From Chiloscyllium plagiosum (lineage: Eukaryota): DNA of 28,056 nucleotides. Shown in pieces: positions 11,286-21,339 of this stretch. Where the stretch lies: contig NC_057750.1 of the NCBI RefSeq assembly GCF_004010195.1, forward strand, positions 5,855,983-5,884,038, written 5' to 3'. A program made the translations under genes and the position numbers. The notes beneath the pieces were generated by a model that saw only the letters and a program-made list of their open reading frames with translations, had not been told where the DNA came from and did no database searches. How positions within the stretch are numbered: position 1 is the stretch's first letter; every line of letters starts with the position of its first letter.

Positions 11286-13113
11286 CATGTCTCCAGGGGT
11301 CTTTCGGCTCCACAGCTCCAGAAACGATGGCCTCGTCAGAGGGAAAGGTTACTCGCTTCACGCTTTGTTTTGCCCGGCTGTCCACTGAGGGCAAGAGCAA
11401 AGTGGCATCTCCAGCCTGGTCCCGTGAGGAGGAGGTCAGTGCAAGAGGATGGGAGATGTCCCCCACTGGGGAGATTAAATCCAAACGGATCTGGGGCGAA
11501 GCAGAATATTTAGTGTAAGTGTCACATGCTGAAGTGTTCATCTGTAACCTGGCAGTGCCTGCTGCCAGGGGTAATGGCCCCTCACTGTCTGATTCAGTTT
11601 CCCTACACTCCTCCAACTGTTGGTCTGCACAGTTCTCTGCTTCCAAAATCAACATGCAGTTTACCTTCTCCTGGTTTATACCTCGCTCCTTGCTGGCCTG
11701 TTGTATCAAGTTTGTATTCGCCTCCTGTATGGCAGTCAGTTCCAGATTTCGGCAGCTCCTCTCGCTGTCCATTTCTTTGCTGTTTTCACTGCTGCTGGTA
11801 TTTGGCTCCCATTTCTGCAGTGCTTCAATTTTCACTTCCTGCAGTCTAGTCTCTGTTGATACACACTGTGTGAATTTATCTGTCGTTAGTACAGCAGACA
11901 TGTTCTGTCTCCTCTCCTTTTCTTCCACTGTTCCTGTCTCAAGGCAGTTTTCCTCCACCATGTTTTCTTTCACCATACAATTGACCTCATGAATGCAGAG
12001 TACCTGGTCTATCTTCTCTTCTTTACTCCTTCGTGCAGACTTCCCTGACGACAGATCTTTGCCTCTGATATCATTGCTCACTCGTTCCTGGTATATTCGC
12101 CCCTTTGATTCTTCTTCGAGTTTCTGTGTGGATTCACTGTTTCCGGCTTCACACACCCCATCCTCTGACCCCAGTCCGTTTCTCCCGATCTCTGAACAGC
12201 TTCCCTTCTCAGCCTCCAAGACAAGTGCTCCCTCTTGCCTCCTCTCTTCTTTGGGATCCCTCTTAATCTCATTTTCTAACAGGCAGTCACCAGTAGCTCC
12301 TCTCACACCTTTCCCGTCATAAGCACAGACAATCTCTTCCTCAGTTGAGGAGGCTTTCGACCCACTGTTAACTATTATCTCAGTCTGGTTACCATTTATC
12401 TCGATTTCGCTCTGGCATTGATGGTCTCCACTTCCTGGGTCATAAGTATCACGTTCTCGGACATCATTACCTTGATTACTGCAGCTAACCTCGCCCAGAT
12501 TAGCACTATTTTCCTGATGACAGCACGGCCTCCTGACAGAAGTATCATTAACATCCATGTCCCCTAGAATATTAGAATCCTGACCATAGCTGCAGTCCAT
12601 GCTTTGATTAATATTAATCACTTGGCGGATTTCCAGTCTATCAGCCCGACTGTAGCAGTTGTCCACTCCCGGTTCAGTTTTATTTTCCAGTTGATGGGCT
12701 TGGTCTCCCCATGCAGGGGTACTAACCTCTCTCCTTCTCTGATTATCTCCCAGGGCATTACCACACTGACTGTGAAAGTAGCCCCCTCCGAGTTTGGTAT
12801 TATTCTCATGCTGCTCTTCTGGATCAGTATTATTATTTTGACTATGGTCAAAACCCCCCTGAAGCTGGGAATCAGCCTGTGGCAGGGAGTTATTAGTCTT
12901 ATTATCGCAATAATTATCTTGAAGGTCAGTATTATTCACTTGCTGCTCTAATGGGTCAATACTATTACACTTATTGTGGTTAAAACCTCCCTGAAGCAGG
13001 GAATCAGCCAAACCTGGAGTATTACCACTTTGACTGAGACAACAGTCTCCTCTTATATTATTCTCTAGCTGGTGGGTTTGGTCTTCCCTGTGAGGGGTAT
13101 TACTAACCTCCAT
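11286..13113 (-). CDS. PPP1R37: Protein phosphatase 1 regulatory subunit 37 (LRRC68), first coding exon (609 codons + 1 nt)
   Basis: The long ORF ends ...KRVTFPSDEAIVSGAVEPKDPWRH, matching the PPP1R37 motif I recall (KRVTFPSDEDIVSGAVEPKDPWRH) including the RVxF PP1-docking site (11344-11358). It is followed by CAT G|GTAAAG, a phase-1 donor at 11285. First in-frame ATG at 13113 has a strong Kozak context (GAGATGG); in-frame TGA upstream at 13306-13308. The start codon is less certain than the gene identity. Confidence 0.9.
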
Positions 13114-13710
13114 CTCTTCCAGGTTATTACGATCCTCAATATACCAGTAAATCAGGTCAGTATGGTACTCTCCCTGCTCTATTAGATCAATATTATAAGG
13201 CTGATAATTGTTTATCGCCTTTTTGGAACTGGTGATCAACCTGTTCCAGTGTATTACTACCCCTAATATGGCAACAGCCCTGTCAGAGGTCAGGATTATT
13301 TGCTCTCAATTGTGAAAGTTAAAGTTTCACTGGAGCTGGAAATCAGCCTGTTCCACAAAATTATGACCCTAATTGTTGCAGCAATTCTTTCCTGCAGTAT
13401 TATCTCTATGATTAAAGTACAGAGTTGGAAATTAGCCTGCTCAAGAGTAATGGTCCCCGAACTATAGCAATAATTCTCACAAGGTTACTTTTTTTTGCTG
13501 TTTTCCTAGGTCAGTACCATTATTGTAACTGCAGTTAAAGCTTCCTTGCAGCTGCTCTAGAGAATTATTACACAGATTAAGGCAGTAATTCTCTCCCAGG
13601 TCAGTATTATTCTCGAGCAACTTTGACGGTTCGGTATTATGACCCTGACTGTAGTTAAAGCTGGGGGCAGCAGCTCACTCGCAAAGACAGTATTGTTCTC
13701 CGACTGGCGA
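12480..13710 (-). repeat. Degenerate tandem repeat array spanning the PPP1R37 upstream/5'UTR region and N-terminal CDS
   Basis: Recurring AATAATACTGACCT-like and CAGGCTGATTCCCAGCT-like motifs. Protein units ADSLLQGGFNHNKCNSIDPLEQQVNNTDL and ADSQLQGGFDHSQNNNTDPEEQHENNTKL are 44 aa apart; the same motifs recur at 13240-13700 with stops and frameshifts. Confidence 0.7.
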
Positions 13711-14376
13711 GTTTGGGCTCTCCCTCACCTACAGCCCTTCCTGGGGCTTGGGGGAGGGCTTAGAGACAGATCTTCCTCCCCACCCCCACCCCCCTCCCCC
13801 CAGTGTCTGGAAAGGGGGGTGGTGGTGATTAAAGCTCGTCTTTACTCCTTTCTCCCTCCTCTCAGCACCCTATGGGTCTCAGGAAGTGACTCCTTCCATC
13901 CACCCTGATGATTCTCTCTGCACCCCCCCGGGGCTCCTCTCACTGACTGAGGTCCTGGTCGCACTTGGGGCCTATTTAAAGACCAATCGAACCCCCCCTC
14001 CCCAAATATTGGAGGGAGGGGGCAGGGGAAGAAGACTTCGAATTAGCGTCTCCCAGGCGGCGACGACTGCTGCTGCTTTCCACTGACTGACTCCATACCC
14101 CCAGCTTTTCTTATCCTCAAAACCACCCCCCCACGATCCCGACGCTGTCTCCGCCGCTTCTCTGACTAATCGAATCGATTGTTGTCTTGGGGGGAGGGAG
14201 GAGAAAACAAATCGCGCACCTCACCTCCCGTCCGCACATTCGCCACCGCCCGCGCAAACGTAAGGTGACGAGAGAAAATGTTAATCGTCTTCCAGATTCC
14301 GCCCCGGTTCCGAATAACTGCTTTAAATTCGCTTGTATTTTTAATCAAAGTAATGAAGAGGTCTGCCGCTGGTTTG

Positions 14377-14390
14377 CTTCCGGCGGGAAA
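14377..14390. promoter_or_regulatory. Overlapping ETS and E2F-like motifs
   Basis: CTTCCGG (CCGGAAG on minus) overlaps GGCGGGAAA inside the CpG island. Motif match only. Confidence 0.4.
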
Positions 14391-14455
14391 GGGGATTCCA
14401 GTCCGAATCTGCCGACTAGATTTACCCCAATTATCGTCCGCCACTCCACCGGCGG

Positions 14456-14465
14456 CCGCCATTTT
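14456..14465 (-). promoter_or_regulatory. YY1 consensus site
   Basis: CCGCCATTTT (minus strand AAAATGGCGG) matches the YY1 consensus, in the orientation usually found just downstream of a minus-strand TSS. Confidence 0.6.
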
Positions 14466-15036
14466 GGAAAGTCAGGTAAACACAGCGGGCGTTTAAATGT
14501 CAACTCCCGCCGCCCGACACACTCAATCTATCCTTTCGTTCCCCTTTCCTGAACAAGAACAAAGCAAAACTAAGGTAAAGGGGACAGAATCGTTGCAAAG
14601 GAGGCCGTTCGGCCCGTCGTGCTTGTCCCCGCTCTCCGGAGGAGTCTCGATGACCTGGGCGGGTGCTGTCTTTCTTGCCTTTATCCCGGCTGCACGTTGC
14701 CAGGAAAGTGGCGTGAAAGAAAGGGGAGAATTTGGGTAGGGAAAGCCCGAAAGGTGAGGACGTGAAGGGAAGAATAGGAGTGGAGGGAGGGGAGGAACGA
14801 AGTGGTTGGGGGGAAAGATCGATATTTTAATTCCAGGAGGTCCCAGTGCAACCCTGGAAGGTTAGTGAAATTGGACTTCTTTCTTCTCCATTGGTGGGGT
14901 TAAGGCGCCCACTGGGACTGAAGCAGTAGGCTAATGGTCAAGTTATTTCTATGTCAGGGGCAGGAAGTTTGGGCCTAGATGCTACTACTGGGATCTGAGC
15001 CCTGGCCTGGGCGCCATATATTGGTCCGTGTTGCAT

Positions 15037-15132
15037 CCTCATGAAAGGCTTATTCCCGGAATATTGACTCTTCAACTCGTCGGATGCTGCCTAACCCACT
15101 GTGTTTTTCCAATGCCACACTTTTTGACTCAT
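15037..15132 (+). mobile_element. Short, degenerate Penelope-like pseudo-LTR insertion
   Basis: TSD TGTTGCAT (15029-15036, 15133-15140); starts with a decayed hammerhead (ctcatgaaaggcttattcccggaa), then ggatgctgcctaacccactgtgtttttcca. Confidence 0.7.
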
Positions 15133-15559
15133 TGTTGCATACCACTGGCAAGCCAGTTTCGGACCCTGATTCCACCACAATGAAGAAACAGAAACCATAA
15201 GAATGAGTTATGACATATAATATTTAAAGTGAGTTGTGATAATTACAATTATCTTTTATTATGATATATAGTATTTTCATACTATTCTGTTGGTATCAGA
15301 AATTAGGTACAATGGAGAAAGGATACAAGGTTCTTAGATGAGATTGTTCAGTGGTCGTATCTTAGCGAAATGCTATTTATGTGTGGACAACTTGGTGCCC
15401 ATCGACATGGGTTTACTAATAGCCGGGTTGGTTGCCTAGAAACAGCAAAACAGAAGAGTATCAGAAAGCACAAAAGGCTCTATTAATGATATTGCTGTCA
15501 CTGAATTTTGCAGCTATCTACACTTTCGGGGTATCGATTGGCTGTAAAATGAACAGAAC

Positions 15560-15935
15560 TGGCCACATAAATTCCACGGCTACAAAACAAGTCAGCGACT
15601 GAGAATTCGGCAACAACTCACTTCCTGACTTCCCAAGTCCTTATCACCATCTACAATGGATGAGTCAAGAATCTGATAGAATACTCTGCAATTGGTGGAT
15701 GAGTTCAGCTCCAAAACAAAATCAAGAAGCTTGAAAACAAAGCAATCCACTTGACTGGCACTCACCCACCACCTTAAACATTCACTTTACCATTGACATA
15801 AATCGCACAGTGTATACCATTTACAAGATGCACTGCTGTAAGTTAACAAGATTGCTTCAACAACCTAGCCAAACACATACTTGGAAAGACAAGTGCAGCA
15901 TATGCGACAGGAGCATCACTACCTGCAAGATCTCC
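15560..15935 (+). mobile_element. Old LINE 3' fragment (CR1/L2 group)
   Basis: caccatctacaa...gaatactct...ggatgagttcagctccaaaacaa...aagaagcttga...tacaagatgcactgc; related tails at about 4990-5220 and 10070-10320. Confidence 0.6.
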
Positions 15936-15944
15936 TCAACAAAG

Positions 15945-16461
15945 AAAATAGGAACAGGAGTAAGCCATTTGGCCCTTCAGACCTGTCCAGGTGTTCAATA
16001 TGATCATGGTTGATCATCCAGTTCAATACCCTGATCCCATTTACGTCCAATACCTTTTAATCCCTTTAGCGCTGAAAAGTACATCTATCTCTTTGACAAC
16101 ATTCAATATTTTGGCCTCAACTGCTTTTTGTGGCAGAGAATACCACAGGTTCACCACAGTCTGGGTGAAGAAATTTCTCTTCATCTAACTCTTAAATGGC
16201 CTACTGTTGGACTGTGATCCCCTGGTTCTGGACTGTAAAGACATTTGGAATATCCTTCCTGCTTTTACCCTGTCTAGTCCTGTTAGATTTAGATTCACCA
16301 CTCGTTTTTCTCAACATTGGTGAACTTGGTCCTAACCAATCCAGCCTCCCTTCATACATCAGTCCTGTCATTTCAGGAATAATTCTGGTCAACCTCCATA
16401 GCCAGATAAGGAGATCAAAGCGACACCCAATACCTCCGGTGTAATCTCACCAAAGCCCTGT
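15945..16461 (-). mobile_element. CR1 3' end fragment
   Basis: gaaaataggaacaggagtaagccatttggccc tail; minus ORF MTRIIPEMTGLMYEGRLDWLG. Confidence 0.8.
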
Positions 16462-16462
16462 A

Positions 16463-16900
16463 CAGGTAGTTCTATAATGCGATGGTTTCTTCATCCAGAC
16501 TGGTGAACCTGTGGTATTCCGTATGAGTCTGTGTTGTAGAACATCGCACAATAGAATTAATGGGCCCTATGGGAAAAACATGGTTAGGGGTGAACCACCA
16601 AAAATATCAGTAAAAATTGAAACAAAAATAGTAGTAAGCCTAACACAAACGATAGCGCAATCTAAGTTAAAATTTTAAATCATATATACAGTAAAATATA
16701 ACACTTTAAGGGGTTTCTGAATTAAATAATGCCCCATCTGAAATATACTGGCGCAGGCTTGGCTGCTTAATTTAATGCTATTTAAATGCTATCACAGCTT
16801 CTAACTTTGATTGTCACTTCATAATGCAGATAAACATGTTCAAACAATGGGATTTCTCCCCAGCAAGCTTATTCCCAAAGATATTTCCAAATAGGAAGAA
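16463..16900. mobile_element. Possible Tigger/pogo-like DNA transposon fragment
   Basis: Abrupt switch from CR1 at TA|CAGGTAGTTCTATAATGCG, resembling a Tigger-type terminus. No second TIR found; right boundary uncertain. Confidence 0.35.
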
Positions 16901-16977
16901 ATAAAAGCAGATAGTTTTCTTTTGGCGTGAATAAATTTTTTTTTTGAGGGATTTGCTGTGAACAGATGGAAGTTTTA

Positions 16978-17258
16978 TTTAGAATCCCTACAGCGTGGAA
17001 GCAGGTCATTTTACCTATTCAGTTAACACTGACCGTCCAAAGAGCATCCTACCCTAACTGAGCCTCCGTCTACTCTATAACCCTGCATTTCCCATGGCTA
17101 ATCCTACTAACCTATACATCATTGGACACTATGGGCAATTTGATATGGCAATCCACCGAACCTGCATAAACACAGTGAGAACATGCAAATTCCACACAGA
17201 TAGTTGCCCAATTGGAATTGAACCCAGGTCCTTGTGCTGTGAGGCAGCAGGGCTAACA
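16978..17258 (-). mobile_element. HE1-like SINE
   Basis: tagaatccctacagcgtggaagcaggtcatt...ggaattgaacccaggtccttgtgctgtgaggcagcagggctaac. Confidence 0.8.
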
Positions 17259-17599
17259 GCAAGAATATGTTGCTGTTGAGTCTGTTGCCTTGTCTGCTGC
17301 TCACGCCGAAAACAGCAAAGTAATTCACAGTCAAAGCTAGGAAGCTTCTGCTTTGTATGGCTCGTACATGCACTAGGTGTTCATCAAATTTGAAATAATT
17401 TGGAGCACTTCAGTTTGTAAATTCTTTGTACTCCCTCAACGGTGAGTATAATCAAGCAATAATACATCCTTAGGCTCCTCTCTCCCTTGTATGTATGAGG
17501 TGAGCTAGAAGAGGAAAAGAACTGATGAATAAATACTGAATGAGGCTTGAAAAGGAGCAAACTCTTAAATAATATCAAACAAGACATATGGATTCCTTG

Positions 17600-17822
17600 A
17601 TTTGGAGATGCCGGTGTTGAAGTGGGGTGTACAAAGTTAAAAATCACACAACACCAGCTTATAGTCCCACAGGTTTAATTGGAATCACTAGTTTTCGGGG
17701 CGCTGCTCCTTCATCAGGTTGTTGTGTCCTCCACAACCACCTGATGAAGGAGCGCCGCTCCGAAAGCTAGTGCTTCCAATTAAACCTGTCGGACTATAAC
17801 CTGGTGTTGTGTGATTTTTAAC
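17600..17822. mobile_element. Penelope-derived inverted pseudo-LTR pair (hairpin insertion)
   Basis: 13-bp TSD TATGGATTCCTTG (17587-17599, 17823-17835); 91-bp arms 17636-17726 and 17732-17822 with 8 mismatches; 36-bp one-sided tail 17600-17635. Confidence 0.9.
17738..17772 (+). ncRNA. Minimal type I hammerhead ribozyme motif
   Basis: cac-CTGATGA-a-ggagc-gcc-gctcc-GAAA-gCTA-gtg: conserved core, 5-bp stem II, palindromic AGCT stem III, NUH triplet CUA, stem I cac/gtg. Expression and activity unknown. Confidence 0.7.
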
Positions 17823-17900
17823 TATGGATTCCTTGGTCTTGTTATCTTTGCAGAAGTGTTGGAAGCTGAATCATTGGCAGAAGGATTAGAGGAAGAAGAA
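17822..17900 (-). CDS. Possible last coding exon of the unidentified gene
   Basis: Acceptor cattgttggcctttAG|T in phase 2, compatible with the 20625 donor; reads ISSSSNPSANDSASNTSAKITRPRNP*. Short, and alternative readings exist. Confidence 0.25.
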
Positions 17901-18847
17901 CTAAAGGCCAACAATGAAAGCTGGCAAAAATTGAATTCCGGAAACTAGGTCACCTACTGATAAGAAAGTTTGGAAGACTAAGACCTAATAGCTCATGTCA
18001 CTTGGTATGGCTCTCAAACACTCTTTTTGGTAGCAACTTTCATATTCTTATTAACCTCTGGGTAAACAGTGTCTCTTACTGAATTTATTTTGAACATCTT
18101 GTATTCACAGTGCCTGGTTCTGGTCTTGCCCACAAATGGAAGCTATTTCCTCCTTCACAATTCTTGTACAGGTGTGAAGATCAACAATTGTTGGTGCAAC
18201 CCTAAATGTCCTTGAACCAAATAGCTTCCCAGAGTTATTCTGGAAGGAAGAATATTGCTGTGTGTCTGGATTCATCTATTGGCCAGACTGGATAAAGATT
18301 TCAGACTTCCTTCTCTGCAGGGTTTAGTGAACCGGATGAGTTTGTAACAACAATGCAAAGATAATTTCATGGTCACTGTAGCTGAAACCAGCTTTCAATT
18401 CTACATTTTTCAACATGCAATTTAAATTCCACAGCTTCCATTGTGGAATTTTAAACTCCACCCATACCAGAGTATTAGCCTACACCTCTGAATCATTAAT
18501 CCAGTAAACAATCTATCACCATCCCCTCAAAGATTAGGCTATTTTTCAAATCAATTGTCAATTTCCTCTTTGTCCCAAGCTCTGGAATTCTCTTCTTCGA
18601 TCTGTCGGCCTCTGTCTCTTAAAGGTGAGGACTCAAATGTTTTCTGACAAACACATGCCAGTCTAGCAGAAGAGGAGTTTGCCTTTCATTCAAGTTTTGA
18701 TGCATTTTTGAAATTTGTCTTTTAGACAAAATGGCAATTGGTGGAATTAGAGGCTGTTTGGCTCACTGGGTTCATGCTGGTTCTCTGTAAATCCAGTCAG
18801 TCCAGTTACCGCAAGGAGAGTCACATCTAATAAAATGATTTTTAAAA

Positions 18848-20292
18848 AAACCAAAATAACTGTGGATGCTGGAAATCAGAAACAAAACCAGAAATTGCTG
18901 GAAAATGTCAGCAGGTCCAACAGCATCTGTGGAGAGAACCAGAGTTAATGATTCAGATCCAGTGATCCTTTAGAACTGATAACTAGGAAAGAGTTTGTAT
19001 TTATACAGAAAATATGGTGGGGAAAGGGGGTAAGGAGTAAACGATAGGTGGAGATAGAGCCCAAAGAGAGAGAAGATCAGTTGGACAGACAAAGGAATGG
19101 ATAATGGTTAGCCTAGGGAATGAATACAGGAATGAATGCTAATGCAGACTGTTCGTCGTTAACAATGGGTTATGTGTAATAGTGGACCATGTGATAATAA
19201 GGCCTGGTATTTGGAGGTTGGAGTAAGGCTATGGGAGAAAGTGCATCATGCCCTAAAGTTGTTGAACTTAATATTGAGTCCAGAAGGGTGTAGAGTTCCC
19301 AAGCTGAAAATGAGGTGTTGTTCTTCCAGCTTTAACTGATCTTTGTTGGAGCACTATAGCAAGCCTGAGTCAGAGATGTTGGCCAGGGAACACAGTAGTG
19401 TGTCGAATTGGGAGGCAACTGGAAGCTCAGAGTCTTTTTTGTGGACAGTACCTAGGCGTTCTGCAAAACAATCACATAGTCAATGCTTTGTTTCCCCATT
19501 GTAGAGGAGACCCCATTGTGAGCAGTGAACCTAGTAGACTTGATTGAGTGAGGCGCAGGTGAAGTGCTGCTTCACCTGGAAAGTGTTGTTTGTGCCCTTA
19601 GATGCTGAGGAGACAGAAAGTAAGCAGATAGGTATTACACTTTCCATAGCAGGGGAAGGTGTTATGCGGCTGTGGAGGGATGTTGGGAGTGAAGGAAGAG
19701 TCGGCCAGGATTTCCCAGAGGGAATGGCCCTTGCAGAAAGCTGACAAGGGAGGGAAATAATGGTCTGATGGTGGCATCCCATTGGATGTGGTGGAAATGG
19801 CAGCTAATGATCCCTTTGCTATGGATGCTGGTGGGACGGTAGGTGAGGACAAGGGGGCCCCCTATTGCTGTTGTGGAATGGAAGAGAGGGGGTAAGGGCT
19901 GAAGTGTGAGAGACGGATCAGACCCAGCTGAGGGTCTTGTCGGCTATGGTGCAGGGGAATCCTCAGTTGAGGAAGAAGGTGGACGTTTAGAAGCCTCCTT
20001 GTTGAAGCTGGCATCTTTAGAACGGATGCAACAGAGAATAGAAGAGTCTTTACAGGAAACGGAGTGTGAGGATATACAGTCAAAATAAGTGTGGGAGTTG
20101 GTGGTTTGTAGTGGATATTAGTGGTTTACTCCTTACTTCCTCCCCACTCCATTTTCTGCACAAAAGCCCATTTTTTTCCGAGCTTCCATCATTTCTGAAG
20201 AAGGGTCACTGTACCTGAAATGTTAACTTGATTTTTGTCCACAGATGCTTCCAGACCTGCTGACGTTTTCCAGCAGCTTCAGTTTTCGCTCC
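18848..20292 (-). mobile_element. Degenerate Penelope-like element with inverted pseudo-LTR
   Basis: Minus-strand GIY-YIG-region remnants (TFQVKQHFTCASLNQVY; plus strand gtagaggagaccccattg). About 20120-20292 is a diverged inverted copy of about 18880-19045, with ctgaagaagggtcactgtacctgaaa hammerhead-like motif. Confidence 0.75.
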
Positions 20293-20336
20293 AATAACAT
20301 TGATCCTTCTTTTCAATAAAAGATCCTACTCCAGAG

Positions 20337-20605
20337 GGAAGATGGTGGCACGGTGGCAGTTTATGTACTAGACTAAATAAATCTAGTCCTGTTTTTTCAT
20401 AGAATCCCAGCAGTGTGGGAACAAGCCATTTAGTCCAACAAGTCAGCACTGACACTCTGGCCTACATATGACTTCAGACCCACAGAGATGTAGTTGACTC
20501 CTAACTGCCCTCTGAAATAGCCTAGCAAACAACTCAGTTGACAAGTTTATAGGGATGGGCAAAAATGTTGGCCTTGCCGGTAATTAATGCATCCCATGAA
20601 AGAAC
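20337..20605 (+). mobile_element. SINE with L2-type tail, internally replaced by a 93-bp foreign segment
   Basis: Head gatggtggcacggtgg; tail tctggcctacatatgacttcagacccacag...ctgccctctgaaatagcctagcaa...gggatgggcaaaaatgttggcc, also seen at about 7755-7890. Confidence 0.6.
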
Positions 20606-20624
20606 AAAGGAGGCAAGTTCTCAC

Positions 20625-20814
20625 ATTTTCTCTTTTACATCAATGACAATTTCTCTCTTGTCGTTTGTTGAAGGGGATTGCCTTATTTGGGAAGATTGTA
20701 ACAATTCAGATACATACTCATTCTCTGCTGATTCTGGTACCTTCCAGGCAGACAAGCCTTCCAACATGGGGAACTTTAGCAGCCTTTGAATTTCATCCAC
20801 ATCTCTCTTCAAAG
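20625..20814 (-). CDS. Probable next coding exon of the same unidentified gene
   Basis: Pyrimidine-rich acceptor tttcccttgtctttgttgaAG|CT in phase 1, compatible with the 24781 donor. Reads ALKRDVDEIQRLLKFPMLEGLSAWKVPESAENEYVSELLQSSQIRQSPSTNDKREIVIDVKEK. Ends at a phase-2 donor AT|GTGAGA (20624) or at the TGA at 20621-20623. Confidence 0.5.
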
Positions 20815-21019
20815 CTTCAACAAAGACAAGGGAAATGAATAGCAATCGGGCATATATTAAAATGAATAGTTTGCAGTACTTTCCTTTAATGTATTAAACT
20901 AATCTCCTTTTGATAACTTGATCAAATCTGTCTCCACCTTCTTTGCAAATAGTGCAGGTTAGTTCTCAGCTGGGTCTGTATCCTCTACATTTTGGAAAAA
21001 TGAAAGGTGATTTTTTAAT

Positions 21020-21331
21020 TGGATCCCTTCAGTATGGAAGCAGGCCATTTAGCCCATAAAGGCCACATTGACCCTCTGAACACATCCCCGCTATTCCTGT
21101 AACCCTACATTTCCTAGGTCTAATGCCTGCATATCCCTGGACAGTATGGGCACAGCCAATCCACTTAACCTGCACAGCTTTGAACTGTAGGAGGAAACTG
21201 GAGCACCTGGAGGAAACCCATATAGACATGAGAGAACATGCAAACTCCACACAGACAGTCACCCAAGGGTGAATCAAACCCTGATTCCTGGCACTGTAAA
21301 GCAGCAGTGCTAACCACGGAGCCATATTGCC
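21020..21331 (-). mobile_element. HE1-like SINE
   Basis: aggaaactggagcacctggaggaaacccat...caaactccacacagacagtcaccc...gcagtgctaaccacggagcca. Confidence 0.8.
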
Positions 21332-21339
21332 ACAGTCAT

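Larger units (their letters stand above)
14030..14770. promoter_or_regulatory. CpG island, probable PPP1R37 promoter
   Basis: Sharp local rise in CpG and GC against a CpG-poor background, directly upstream of the PPP1R37 coding exon. Confidence 0.8.

Noticed and set aside
11327..12951. Several plus-strand ORFs of 63-157 aa
   Set aside because: Antisense shadows of the Glu-rich PPP1R37 exon; Ser/Leu/Phe-rich with no independent signals.
11275..13239. 654-aa ORF as a complete single-exon gene starting at TTG
   Set aside because: The TTG start is an ORF-finder convention; the first ATG is at 13113, and the terminal GKA* is read-through past the splice donor at 11285.
17636..17822. Long hairpin as a miRNA precursor or DNA-transposon MITE
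   Set aside because: The 13-bp TSD, one-sided 36-bp tail and hammerhead cores point to a Penelope inverted pseudo-LTR; the inverted arms do not reach both element ends.
18550..18663. Alternative phase-2 last exon (LACVCQKTFESSPLRDRGRQIEEENSRAWDKEEIDN*) on the minus strand
   Set aside because: Contains gaattccagagcttggg, resembling an L2 3' remnant, so it is more likely repeat-derived; not fully excluded.
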